A stretch of DNA of 64,000 bases from Eremomyces bilateralis CBS 781.70 (lineage: Eukaryota). The position numbers and the translations under genes are program-made. The stretch lies in assembly GCA_010015585.1 (NCBI GenBank), contig ML975158.1, one strand, 5' to 3'. The notes under the pieces are model-generated. The model was given only the letters and a program-made list of their open reading frames with translations. It had not been told where the DNA came from and made no database searches. Position 1 is the stretch's first letter; each line of letters begins with the position of its first letter. Positions 1-13,083 of the stretch are shown in pieces.

Positions 1-368
1 CGCATTTCGAACGGGGATTTTGCCCCCTCGGACCCCGCTGCGCGAATCGACACGTGAAGATGGAGAAGATTTGCCCGTTCTACATTGCCGGCTTCTGTCC
101 CAACGGGAAACAATGCAAGGAAGGACATCACGCTAAGTTTGTCGATGACCTTCCGCCGCCGGAACCAAAGATCGTGAAGAGCAAGGAACAACTAGAGCAG
201 GAGAAACTGTTGAGAGAGCAGGATTTGAGGGAGGAAGAAGAGCGGGAACGAGAGCGATACGATAAAGGTGCCGATCCAAGCTCCCAGCAACAGCGATTCC
301 GAGCGAACTGGAGGTCGAAGCCAGGGAAAGCTGGAATCCCCCGTCCGAGGAGAGGAAGAGGGTTTTGA
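1..368 (+). CDS. YTH1: mRNA 3'-end processing factor Yth1/CPSF30, 3' part (5' end outside the window)
   Basis: Frame from nt 3 reads HFERGFCPLGPRCANRH..KICPFYIAGFCPNGKQCKEGHH: tandem CCCH fingers typical of the Yth1 C-terminal fingers, then a charged tail; stop at 366-368. Confidence 0.85.
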   Translation, partial: HFERGFCPLGPRCANRHVKMEKICPFYIAGFCPNGKQCKEGHHAKFVDDLPPPEPKIVKSKEQLEQEKLLREQDLREEEERERERYDKGADPSSQQQRFRANWRSKPGKAGIPRPRRGRGF

Positions 369-931
369 TCGCCTGAAACCCTTGGAATTTCTCAATTTCA
401 TTGCAACATGGCTCTATCGCATGGTTCGCAGATGGTAGTCAACGTGGAGCGGAACGGGTGATATGGCCGACGCTTCGAAACAATCTACCAAGGGGCCCCT
501 ACCTCTATACAGATTTCTCCTCTGGGAAGAAGAAGTGAGGAATGGATCATATGGTTTAAAAGTGAAGTCCAAACAAGAGACGATACTGGATTAGTTGAGA
601 CTGCAGTCTCGAAGATGAAGGGTTAGGAGGGTGCCGCCCGAGGCTCTTGGTATGGATGAGTCTTAGGTGGAGTTACCTTACGGCCAAGCGCCATCTAAAC
701 CTAGTGGTCCTTCAGACGGGGGTTGAATATGGCATAGGGGTTTCTACGGGGGTGGGTACCAATCCGAGAACGTCCCACTGTCTGCTGGGAAGGCAGCTAA
801 AAAGAATTTCACAGGCTGAGGGAATTTGGAGGACAGACTGGGAAGAGCTTCATATCTAGCTAGTGTAGTGCGTAATGCTGGTACCTGTGCGCTATGAGAC
901 TATATCTGGTGCACGCTTGAAATACTTCAGC

Positions 932-2286
932 CTATGAAGATGCTTTCATTGTCCCACATGCAGAGCATGTCCACCATTGTGATTCCATAAACGCACTGCA
1001 ATGCCAGCAGTTCCAACCTAGCGGCTTCTCCTTTGGGATTATAGGGGTGGATGCCAACCTAGACATCTGCCGGTCGGCATCCAGCTTTCCGTTGGCCTGC
1101 TTCGGGGACGAGATATAGGTGGGTCGTTCCGATCCGCATGCATCGCACGCCAAATAGTCCATCGGATTATCCAGAGTACATATGAGACAGCTCCAGATAT
1201 TGCTGGCATGTCCCTCTCCCAACGTTTCGGCTTGATGAGTAATAGGCAGTAACAGTAATGAACTTGTGTCTGACTGCGTTGATGGTACCGATTCAGTTGC
1301 CCCAAACGGCTCCAGAAGCGCAAGGCTTGCGCTTCGTCCCGCCTGGAGACCTGACTCGGAGCTCCAGATCAACCCGTCTTGATCGTTGGATATCGTTGCT
1401 TCCTCTTCCTGTAATTTATTTCCCTCCTCGGCCTCATACAACTCGACTAGGGCAATGGCAATTGCTGCATCATTCGCATCGTCCTCCTCTGCCTTAGTCC
1501 TGAACCCATTCTTAGAAGCATCCTTGGCCAGCCTTTGCCCTTCTTCCGTGCCCGAAGCGCAACCTTTTGCAATTTCTGTCCGCCTGGACGCTGCATCGGC
1601 CATGGCCTTTCGCATATCTGTAACATTCGATCCGGGTGTACCGCCCACTCGATGCCCCTGTCGGCCATGGGATTGTTTCTGACGCTCCGCAGCGGCAGCC
1701 CGAACTTGTCGGCGCAGTTCGTCATTAGGTATTCGCTTACCGCCGAGTTTACGGCCCGCGGATAGGAAGCCTTCGCCCGTGTACCCTTTCATGCGCAATA
1801 TTTGGTATTCGCCGCGAAGCTCGTTCCATAGTGTTTGGAAGTTGTGATTGTGTGGGCCCCAGATGATGTGGGATAGTCTATGGAAGTCAGCATAACGTGT
1901 AGGACCTGAGAGAGAAGGAACATGCTCGTGTAAGAGGGTGTCGATAACATTTTCTAAAGGGATGAACTGCCGCGGATCGGGTGTGAAGCGAAGTCGAATG
2001 CATATTCGCTCAGTCTTGTTGATATTCAGTCCTAACCCGTTAGTTATCATATGACCCAGCGCTACGGCCATCCTCGTGGGGCTCATCAGACGAAAGTCGC
2101 AATGTTACCTTGGAGTCGAGGGTCTGGTGGCAGGAATTCGCAAAGTGTTCCAACCTTCCAGCCTCGTTTACGCATGAGAGGCTTCACGATCGAAGCAGCC
2201 TTTCGCAGCGTATGGAGGGCTTCTGCTTCCCGAGGAAGTTCTTTAAGGTGCTCGTAAGCATCAAAATGCGCGTCGATCTCCTTCAT
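932..2286 (-). CDS. WSS1: WLM-domain zinc metalloprotease Wss1 (DNA-protein crosslink repair) with C-terminal RanBP2/NZF-type zinc fingers; 2 introns
   Basis: ATG at 2286; LRKAASIVKPLMRKRGWKVGTLCEF, GLNIN, ICIRLR, spliced HELSH..GPH, GYTGEGFLSAGRKLGG, WSCLICT..N....LACDAC and WNCWHC..WWTCSAC. Introns ~2035-2109 and 1878-1925. Confidence 0.9.
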
Positions 2287-3174
2287 CCTGCAAGGCAGTC
2301 GAAAAAGCTGGTTCTTGATAAGTACGTGTGATTGCTTCTGTCGGAGACAGAGTACCAAACGGACTGACGCAGGCTGGGGTACTTAAACGGGCAGCTTGTA
2401 GAAAAAGAATTCCGACCTATGTGCCGCGTAAACACCTACCGTGGGACCGTATACGTGGATATATGCTGGACTGCGGGACAGGCTTGGTTGCGTTGGAGGT
2501 TGTCCATGGCCTTTAGTACATCTCCCAGGCATCCTGTGCCGCGTCATGCAGATATGGTTAGCATGAGGCAAACGGTGCTTACACGATTAATAGGAATACG
2601 GTTGAGAAACATGGCTTTCCATAACTTTGGACATCTGGGATGGTGTCGCAATTTGATTCTCACATTTACACTGCAGTAAGTGACCGTGTTGAAGTAGAGA
2701 GCTTCACTGAGTGGCAGCACCATGAAACTACCATGGACCATGGACCATGACCCTCCATGCCTGGTCACTTTATTGACATTTAACGCCAATCGCCATAGTT
2801 AAAAGTGGATAACGTAACTTAGTTATACGCTAACTAAGTTAATACTAGACTTATCAACGTCTCATTATAGGATTCGTAGCCAAGTCAAGCCAACATTATT
2901 GAGTTCACCTGCCGACTCGTTTTTCCTGAAGCTTACCACGATCCAGACTGCACTTCATATCTACAGTATTACTATAGTAAGTTGCCAACAATTGTGGATG
3001 CTACAGACAACGCGTACAACTGAGCGAACCTTACGAGCGACTGGATCAAAGGATGCAGACGAATACTTTAAGAATTAAGATTGCATAAGTGCCGCAAACT
3101 CCTTCACTGTCGAGAAACGAATCCTAACCAACAGGAAGGTAATCAAACTAATCGACGACGACGCTTCAACTACC

Positions 3175-4427
3175 CTAGCCGTCCAAAGCCTGTATAACCT
3201 GCCCCCAGTCATCCTGCTTGTAAGCACCAGGAACCACGCTGTCAAAGAGACTTGCTAGCACCACACGATCCGACTGTTCTCCTTCCCATGGCTGTCGCCC
3301 ATGCTGGGAAATGATGTTATCATAAACCAGAACATCACCTCTCTGCCATTTGTGGAGCACCCGGGTTTCGTCAGTAATCTTGACAAGGTGCTCCAGGTAC
3401 TTCTCCGGAATCGGGGTCCCATCACCATAGAGCTGCTGAGTCGGACTTGGTCTGCCCCGAGCGGTACCCTCATTCAGTTTATTCTTCCAGTATGCCGCCA
3501 GCCCGGTAAATAGCGTTGGCAAATCTGTCCCTGGCTGAGTACGAATCGCCGGCAATCGATGTGTCAACACCAGCGTCTCGTCATCCTGCCATTCCCACGT
3601 CGTATACTTCCCCCGCCCATACCGAGCAATTTGCGCTTCAATCTTCGCCCGCTGCGTTGCTGCGTCATCCCCATCAATAATCTCCTTGCCGAATGCTTGT
3701 CGGAGGGTCGATCCACCGACATACTGCTGCCCCAACTTGTACACCACGGTGCTTAGGATACCCTTTTCTCCAAGCTCTTCGATAAACTCCGGGATCTCCT
3801 GTTGCGCACGATGGAACAGTTCCAGTGACGATGAGATTGGAGACTCACCGCCTACAACCGGGGCGCGATGGTTGTAGAAAAATATATACTCCGGCGCATG
3901 CGGCACTTGCGGAGACTCGTTGTGGTTGTACTAGAATACCAAGACCTTAATGTTTGGACTCTGAAAGATAACTTGAATTCAGTGGGCTATCTTACAATGA
4001 GCACCTCTTTCGGCGCTTCATTGGCTGGCGCTACGTTCGGCGCGAGCTCTGGACGGTTGACTACGATACCAATGATCTCGTGGGGCTTGTATCCGAAGGC
4101 GTGGGCAAAGCGGCTGAAATCGTTGGCGTCGTGGATTGGGATACCGCGGAACAGAAGAGTGCCGTGTAGGGCGAGCTTCTTTGTCAACAGACCATCTTGG
4201 GCTTGGAGCGATTTGATGGTTTCGATGCTGTTGTCCAGCGTGATATTGTCGCCCGTCGATGGACGAAGGGCAAGTGGAGTGACTGTTCCTGGCGGGAACG
4301 GCTCTCCGAGCTCTCTTTGATTACTTGCGGGAAGCTCGAATGACTCGAAAGTTAAGAGATGCGGTGAACGTGAAGCTCCATCCAGGTGGAGTTGAACGTT
4401 GCCGGGTAGCTGGACCGATGTTGCCAT
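3175..4427 (-). CDS. TauD/clavaminate-synthase-like Fe(II)/2-oxoglutarate dioxygenase; 1 intron
   Basis: HGTLLFRG, spliced IYNHNE (H-x-E), WQRGDVLVYDN...HGR; a GT-AG intron at ~3934-3994 joins the two ORFs. Confidence 0.85.
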
Positions 4428-4971
4428 ATTGGATCAGGGTGGCTTTAGTGGTAATAGCTGGTGATGTTGTCTTGCTTCCTTGAGTTTGGAGCAGTGAACT
4501 ACCTGATATTTTTTGGGTCTGAAATCAGCGAAACTTGTATCCGCGATTGTCTGTCTCTGTCCTTTCCATCATTTAAAGTACCGATCACGCAAAGTGACGT
4601 GGAGATCCACGACGATCACCACATGGCACCCCTCTCTCACTTCATCCCTGGTCCCTGGCTTTGGGATGCTTCCCCATAGGGTAATTAAATCGGTAATCTT
4701 GTCCTACGTCAACAGTCGACTCTCTTGCGTGCTTTGGACTCACTTCCGGAGATATCAAAGATTCAAGATGTATCCACTGCACAGGCTTTGCTTATCGTTC
4801 GTACCGGCAGTCTGGTTGTCGCCACACTTAAATGATCCCATGGCTACCAGTACATGTAGTCTCAATATACCCACAATCGATTTCCTGGAATCGTCTCTGG
4901 CCTTGACAATCAATCTTGGTAGATCTGCCTCCTAATAAATTTATTTTAGACCCTGAACAGTGACTGAAAAA

Positions 4972-6751
4972 ATGTCAAAAACTCCTTCGGCCACGAAGGA
5001 TGAATCTCAATTGAAAGATGGGGACCTCAAAGGGTCCGGTCTGGGCTCTGGTTCTAGTTCAATTGCTCCTCGCGAGAAACCACCCTTCTTCCGAAGCACA
5101 CTCTTCCAGATCTTGGTAGTTGGAATATGCGCCGTATGTTTTAATTCCTCTCTTTCTTTTTGGAGCGAAATACTTACATAGCGCAGTTTAGTGCTCCCGG
5201 CATATGGAGCGCGATGAACGGCCTCGGTGTTGGAGGATCAGCCAGCCCCGACCTCATCAACGCCGCCAATGCGATATTATATGGTTTCGTATGTTCCCGT
5301 CTTATCAAGCTCTCGCCTTTGCGACAAGCCCAACTATTCATCAACTGGACTGCTTTCGTTCCGGGGTGTAGGCATCTACCTGCATAGCAATAGCGCTGAC
5401 AAACCCTCAGATGACGGTAACATGCTTCGCTGGGCCCTGGTTCACCAATGCTCTTGGATTTCGGTGGACTTTGGCCCTAGGCAGCCTAGGATATCCGGTT
5501 TATGCTGCCGGGTTGTACTGCAATAATCGCTTCGGAAACATCTGGTTTGTATACGTTGGAGCTGTTGCATGTGGAATCAGTGCTGGTTTCTTTTGGAGCG
5601 TCGAAGGAGCTATTGCCACGGGCTATCCTGAGAGCCATAAACGCGGACGCTATATCGCGTATGTGCCATGTTCCATCCTAACAGCCTTTTGCTCCTAAGA
5701 CTAACCCACTCCTTCGTCTGTGGTCGCATCGCGCAAGTCGAAAGGACACTTTTTGGAGGGGTTTAGTCTTAGGATGCAGGTGTCTGCATTTTCAAATTGG
5801 TCAAGAATGGGAGTACTGACAGCCTTTAGAACTTGGTTTAGCTTTCGCAACTTCGGAAACATCATAGGTGGATCAATTGCTCTTTCCGTGAACCACAAAA
5901 CCAACAAGCTCGGAAAGGTCGGGTACGAGACTTACCAGGCCTTCATCGCAATCCAATGCCTCGGTTTCTTCGCCGGCCTTCTTCTTTCAAATCCCGACAA
6001 GGTCCAGCGCGATGATGGCACTCGCATCAATGCGCCGAGAGATATCAATTGGCTCACCGAGCTGAAAGCCAACTGGAAACTGGCAACCGGCAAGCATATG
6101 CTTCTTCTCACCCCTCTCTTTTGGTACTTTGGTTGGATCCAAGCGTACCCTGGAACTTACCTCGCAACTTATTTCACCGTCCGCTCCCGCGCTCTTGCAA
6201 GTTTCCTGTCGGCCGTCGTTGGTACCTTCGCTACATGGCTCAGCGGCACGATTGTCGACCTCCCGTGGGCAAGAAGCCGGAAAACTCGCGCAATTTCCGC
6301 ATACATTCTCATCGCGCTGCTCAACAGTGCGACTTGGATCTGGGCCGTTATTATTCAGAACGAGTTTCGGCACACGCGACCCCAGCTCGACTGGGCGGTG
6401 CAGAGCACCTTCGGCCGTGGCTTTGGCGTGTATATGTTTGAAAGATTGAGCCTAGGAATGGTTGAAAATTATATCTACTGGTGTATTAGCAACTTGTCCG
6501 ACTCCCCAGGCGACCAGATCCGGTACAGTTCGCTGCTTCGGGGCATCGAGACGGCTGGGGTCGCGGTCGGCTTTGGAGTGCAAGCAGTTCCTACAGCTTT
6601 AATTGCAACAGCTAGCATCAACCTTGGGTTTTGGTTCTTTGCCTTGCCATTTGGCTGGTATGCAACTTTGCGGGTTGTGCGGAAATTCAATCAGTTGGAT
6701 AGTGAGCGAAAAGAAGGACTGCAGAATGTTGAGCCAGTGGCTTCAGCGTGA
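4972..6751 (+). CDS. UNC-93-like (DUF895) MFS membrane transporter; 3 introns
   Basis: RSTLFQILVVGICA/FSAPGIWSAMNGLGVGG, GYPVYAAGLY, FFWSVEGAIATGYPE..KRGRYIA/TW; many TM segments. Introns ~5134-5190 (acceptor uncertain), 5289-5410 and 5659-5829. Confidence 0.85.
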
Positions 6752-7136
6752 TGTGGAGAGCGCGTGACCTGAGATGTCTTTGAGAGTTTCTACGGTCTAA
6801 ACTCTGCGGATCGTGATTTTACAAGAGATTTGCGTCTAAATTAATACTCGAAATTTCTAGGATAGAATTTACCGCGTGATCTGATGAAATTTGAAATCGA
6901 TGTCTTTGATCAGACATTCAGCTTCTTATATGTAGTATCACCCTAGCTGAATTAGTGGGCCATGGCGAGCTTTGTTCGGACGGACCGGACCGTCTATGGA
7001 TATCACGGGGAGCGTACGTAAAGTATCACTGATCAAGTCCAGTCGGCATTCGCAGCTTTCTCTTTTACTTGCCATAATATCCGTCACCACAGCCGTGAAG
7101 ATTTTAGAGACAGATCTTTGCTACCCCACCATACCG

Positions 7137-8328
7137 ATGTTTTTCAATGCAGTATACTATCCTAATTGGCACGTCTACAGCGAGAGGCCACCGTCGAACC
7201 TAAACTTCTCCGTCATCTCGCATGCCTTCTACGCATTTGCCTGGTATGTCGTGGCCTTCTATCATGGTTTCCCAGTTCTGACGCATCCGTAATATCAGGG
7301 TTAAACCTGATGGCTCGATTTATGTATGAACGTCCCAGATCCGCCTGACGTCTCAGCTCACCTTGAGATAGTTGAGCGATGAATGGGCCGACGACCAGAT
7401 GGAAGTGGATGGGGAGAAGGGTGCATTGCGTGCATTTGGCGCTCTGAAGCGTCGCCACAACATCCTTAAAGTGGTCCTATCCATCGGCGGCGGAGGCAAA
7501 GGCAGCGAACCGTTTGCTGCCGTTGCCGCAGATCCAACAGCCAGGGAAACCTTTGCGAGGTCGGCTCGAGCATTGGTTGATCAGTATGGACTGGATGGAA
7601 TCGATAGTAAATCACAACCTGCCTAACTTCGGCCGGCTGTGGCCATACTGACCGTCTTAGTCGACTGGGAGCATCCTTCCGACCACCAGCAGGGGATCAA
7701 CTATCTGCATTTGCTCGCAGCGTTGCGACGATACCTCCCTGCCCCGCAGTTTATGCTCACGTCGGCATTACCAGCTGGGCAATGGGCGCTGCAGCATATT
7801 GATCTCGCGCAAGCCGCGCAGTACCTTGACCTGATCAATGTTATGACCTATGATTACTCTGGTCCATGGGTGGATCGAACTGGCCACCACGCTCAACTCT
7901 GTTCTCCTTCACGACCGCACAATGATGCGGCCAAGATATCCGGGCAGTCCGCCGTCCAGTACTTGCGGAGTCGTGGAGTACCGGTATCGAAGATCCTCTT
8001 TGGTGTTCCGACCTATGGTAGATCATTCCTTGGAGCTAAGAAGGTGGGAGACCGCTATAAGGGATGCGGGGGCAATGAAGGGACGCACGACTATCGAGAT
8101 TTACCACTACAGGGCAGCCAAGAATCTACGGACAACCAGACTGGCTCCGCATATTGCGTTGGGAAGGAAGGCTTCGTCAGTTACGACAATCCACAGACGG
8201 TGGCGATGAAAGGTCAGTTTGTCAAACAAAATGGCTTGGCTGGGTTGTTTTATTGGACAGGGACGGCGGATTCGAGGGATGATAAACGCAGTTTGGTCCT
8301 TGGTGGATATCTGGCGATGCATTCTTAG
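7137..8328 (+). CDS. GH18 chitinase without signal peptide; 3 introns including a 25-nt micro-exon
   Basis: NAVYYPNW, KVVLSIGG, spliced DGID-I-DWEHP catalytic DxxDxDxE, NVMTYDYSG, SYDNP, GLAGLFYW. Confidence 0.92.
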
Positions 8329-8888
8329 GCTTCATGCTTTGGTTTTGATGCCAATCGGAATGGAGTAGGATGGTAATATTGACAAAAGGTCCTGACTATC
8401 TAGGCTATATTTGAGATGTGCTCATCACTTGGATACCACACCTAGTCCACCATACCTAGTCCATATCCGTATCGGCTAGATTGTTGTCGTTCTTTATGGT
8501 ACCATTGGAAACTGATGATGAGGTCTGCCGTTAGCACTCCACTCCCTGAGAGTACGGAAATAATACAGAACTGCTCCCAACCGAGTCTTCTATTGGAGGA
8601 TTACAATACCAAGTAATTGCGCTAACCACAATTGGTTAAATTTCTTATTGCTCACTGGGTAACAGACCTACCCCTGCCATTAACTTCACATCATCGATCA
8701 TTGACAATGTGGTAGCTTGAATGTGATATTCTACCAGCCTTCTTTTTGTACTGGCAATTACTTGCAAGACTTTATTACGTTCTGCCTCACGTCCTTTTTC
8801 TATCCATTTCCTATATGATCCCACCAAATCCTTTGAAACACCTGGGCTGAGGTCGGCGGTCCGACCCTCCGCTGCCACCAGGCTCCCA

Positions 8889-11612
8889 ATGCCGAGTGTG
8901 GACCCATTGCTGGATTCTGGTACGAGAGCAGTTATGAGATATAAATCGGAACAAATCTGACATTCTGATATTAGTGGACTACGATCCCGTCGGCCACTTG
9001 AATGCCATCTTCTCCCATCATAGCACCCTCTCCTCCCTGGAACAGACCTCCTCCACTCTTCTTCAACTCCAGCATGGCCTGGATCGCCAGATCGAGCAAT
9101 CCATATCCACACAGATCGCCTCGGATGGAGATAATATCTCTCGGATTCAGAATACGAAAGCCGAATTGGCTGGCCTCTTCACAAAGATCGACAATGTGCG
9201 TTCACAAGCAGCACAGACGGAGCAATCGATTGCGGAGATGACCGCAGACATCAAGCGGTTGGACGGCGCAAAGCGGAACTTGACCTTATCAATGACCGTC
9301 TTGAAGCGACTGCAAATGCTCACGACGGCCTATGAGCAGCTTCAGACCCTGAGCAAGACAAGACAGTACCGAGAATGTGCGCAGTTGCTTCAAGCAGTTC
9401 TGCAACTAGCGGCCCATTTTAAGGGCTACAGATCTATCGACCAGATCGCAACGCTCAGTCGGAACGTGTCGGATTTGCAAAGAGAGCTGCTGGAGAACAT
9501 TTGCGAAGATTTCGAGGTCATATTTGCGAAAGGAGAAGTAGCACAAAAGAAAGGGCTGTTGGCAGAAGCTTGTCTCGTAATGGATGCGATTGGAGAACAT
9601 GCTAGGTCGCGGCTGGTGACTTGGTATTGCAATACCCAATTGAGAGAATATCGGCAAATCTTCCGAGGCAACGATGAGGTACGTTCTGATCTGGCACGCG
9701 GATGTTGGGCAATACTGAATTGGATAGGCCGGGTCTTTGGACAACATTTCCCGCCGATATTCCTGGTTTAATCGCATGCTTAAGACATACGACCATGAGC
9801 ATGCCGCTATATTCCCAGCCCATTGGAAGGTTGGGGAGACGTTGGCACAAGCGTTCTCGGAAGGGACCAGAGACGACTTCAAAGATATTTTACAGCGATT
9901 AGCCCGCCGATCGGAAGGTCAATCGATAGATGTCAACCTCCTGCTCTCCTGCATGCAAGAGACGCTGAATTTTGAACATACACTCGAGCGCCGCTTCGCA
10001 ACGAACCCTCGGATGTCCGTAGATACAGCTACCTCCGCAGATGATCGTTCCCACGGGATTGGGCAGGTCATCTCCGAAGCCTTCGAACCATACATGAGCC
10101 TATGGGTTGAATCTCAAGACCAGCAGCTCGCTACCCTCGTTGCAGATTATCGACGACAAGCTCCGAGGAATCCAGATGAGGAGTTTTCCCCGCAACAAGT
10201 GATTCCATCATCCACCGAACTTTTCCACTTCTACCGCCTCGCACTCACTCAGTGCGCGAAACTATCTACCGGGTCACGGTTGCTCGAGCTATCACGAACG
10301 TTTGCCAAGTATCTTGATACGTATGCCCAGCAAGTGCTGTTCTACTACCTCAGCGAGCGTTGGGGTCCACAAGGTCCATCCCTCGAGGACTCGATTCTGA
10401 TCCTCAACACTGCGGATTACTGCTATATCACCTCCAATCAACTCGAGGAGAAAATCAAAGCGAGGATTGACGAGGAGTTTCGACCCGAAGTGGATCTCCA
10501 GAGTCAAGCTGATGCGTTCATGGGTGTTGCCAGTGCCGCTATCCGTGTCCTAATACGCAAGGTTGAGGTCGAATGCGAGCCGATATGGAAAGAAATGCGG
10601 CAAACACCGTGGGGAAAGTTGGAAACGGTCGGAGACCAGAGCACATTCATGACGGAGCTTCTGCGAAAAATGAAAACGATCGTTGGGGATATTCTCAAAT
10701 ATCTGCCAAAGCAGCAATATGCTCGAGCGTTTTGTGACAACGTGGTGGATCAAACCGTCAACACATTCGTTCTGAACATTGTTCAATGCAGGCCTATCTC
10801 GGAGACCGGTGCGGAGCAAATGCTGCTCGATTCCTATGCTCTCAAGACAGGATTTGGCGAAATCGCAGAACTGGCGGGTCCATCGGGTGGTCCGCCCCCT
10901 GCAGCGTAAGATGCTTCACCCCGGTTTCGACTATGGAGGCTAACTGGGCTGTAGCTTCATGAAGCGTGTGAACTCATCGCTATCTAAACTCGATGGACTT
11001 CTTAAGACCATTCAAGTTCGTCCCTCGCCCCCAGAAGCGCTTGTCCAGGCGTATCTGCTTCATATCGCCGATCGTTCCGAACCCAACTTTCGAAGGCTTC
11101 TCGACCTCAAGGGCATCCGCCGTCAAGACTACACGGCTCTGCTCGACCTTTTCAACGCCCATTGCCAGGGACCACAGAACGAATCGTTGCAGGCTTCTTC
11201 CCAATTCATGGCGGGCCTTCCAATGGCAGCGGCGCCCGCTCAGTCCGGCAACCCGCTCACATCGCTCAAGGATTCGGGCGGGATAGGTACGCCAAACCTC
11301 AGCGGCAGTCGGTTCGATCCCGCGGTATTTGGGTCGGCTCTTATCAGCGCGGCACGAGAAGGTGTCGACCGATTCGGAGGCCCTGCACTTGGGTCGATGC
11401 CCGGAGGATCCAAAGGGTCTGGGACGACGTCGCCTCCGCCGCCTCCGCCGCCGCAACACGCCGCTACGTCGTTCGATAGTCCCACGGCAAGTCAGACGGC
11501 TACAAACCTGAACGAGAATCTGAGGAACATCGGGAAGTTCTTCAAACGAGATTTGGGTGCGATTGGACGGTTTGGCAGAACAACCGACGGGGATGGAATA
11601 GAGAGGCGATGA
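8889..11612 (+). CDS. VPS53: GARP complex subunit Vps53; 3 introns
   Basis: DYDPVGHLNAIFSH, TADIKRLDGAKRNLTLSMTVLKRLQMLTTAYEQL, EAGSLDNISRRYSWF, ILNTADYC, GAEQMLLD. Confidence 0.95.
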
Positions 11613-13042
11613 GGACAACTCCCTTGCTTTGCGAAAATCCATATGTGGGTTTGATGGCTTACGGTCTGCCGTCTGCAGCTCTCTTCGACAGCCCTGTCGG
11701 TGTCATGAGCCAGATAGCTCCCTCGTGAAGGTCCGTTTTCGTCAGGTGTTAGAGGACTAGTGTTTAAGAATACGGGGAAGCATAGGCGGCGTACCTATAT
11801 TATTTTGCGGTCATATTAAGGCTTCCGAACTTGCAGGACCACCGTGAAAAGCTTGGATCCATGTTGTTTCAAACCTGTCGTCACAGTATGGAATATCCGG
11901 TATGTTTCAACGCCAAATGCATGGGGTGCTTAGTGCCTACTGGAAGGCAACCACAAAGAGGAATACCTATCAGGTACCTACAATCGTCAATCATAAATTG
12001 GTACTCGGATCATGCCGATCGTTTTGCGGAGGCATATGGTTAGTATATATTATATGCACATCCGCGGAGCGACTAATGAGCATGATTTATTTAGGGCTAA
12101 TGCATAATGTCGCTTCGTAGAAACGACCTCGTGGGACCCCGGAGAGCGATGTTCCGTACAATCGATTCCATGATCAGAGGCCTCGAACTTGATATGTAGT
12201 ACACAGCGATACTGGTTCATGAGTGAGCAGCGTGTTTGAGTCGTGACTGTGATGAGGATATCAAATAATTAGGATATATACAACGGATGGATGGCAATGA
12301 GACGAGTCTCTGCCGAGTCCAGACTCCACAATGACCTTTCATACCCCATGGGGGAGTGCCAAAGTACCTGTCAAGTGTGCACTCATGGATGAACGGCACG
12401 CACCATATTGAATTCAAGTCCATACCTATACTCCGCATTTGATCGAACACCTGACCGATTGCGAATTGCCTAATCAATATCGTGTGGGGTGACGTTGGTT
12501 GATGGCTTGATGCCCGTTTGTAATCTGATACCCGGGGTACCGATGAGGGAATTTCACCGAATCGCCGCTTTGCCTCCCTACCGCTTCCATGTGACATTTT
12601 TATTAATTGGCAGTATGAGATTGAGTAAGGTGGATAGTCAAATAATGTTCGATTTACATTGTTAACGTATTTGTTCTCCTCCTGGGAGTATACCAGCCGG
12701 GTTCCAAGTCTAGCCGGATCATGAGGCTCCAACGGTTTCTGGTAGACGAGGTGTTATTGTCGATTGCCGAAACAGGGTGAGCTTATCTAGACTCCTTCCG
12801 ATAGGACAGCTACTAGTTACTGACACATGAAAGTCTTCACGTGTGCATGACCGCAACAATGGGCGTAAGGATGGCTGCAACCGAGGCGAGTGTAGGGGTT
12901 GGTGCTGGGAAGCTGGGGCTAGGAAAGCGATTGACAAATTGATAGGCCATGAACTCATGATTGGCGATGGGCATCATCGGAACCCAGAAGAGAGCCAGCA
13001 GCAAAGCAATTGGTAAATGATATACATCACGGACTCATAGTA

Positions 13043-13083
13043 TTATGGGGTAAGCTACGGGGTATGGGGTAAGCCACGGAGTA
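13043..13083. repeat. Imperfect tandem duplication of a 19-bp unit TATGGGGTAAGCYACGGRG
   Basis: tatggggtaagctacgggg followed by tatggggtaagccacggag. Confidence 0.8.

Noticed and set aside
2050..2095. CTGATGAG hammerhead-like core in WSS1 intron 1 (minus strand)
   Set aside because: No GAAA after the putative stem II, and no stems I or III.
5659..5829. TPP riboswitch or stwintron in the transporter intron
   Set aside because: No GCTGAGA or CTGAT..TAAT aptamer core. The early CTAACAG would give a 25-nt intron and does not recreate a donor.
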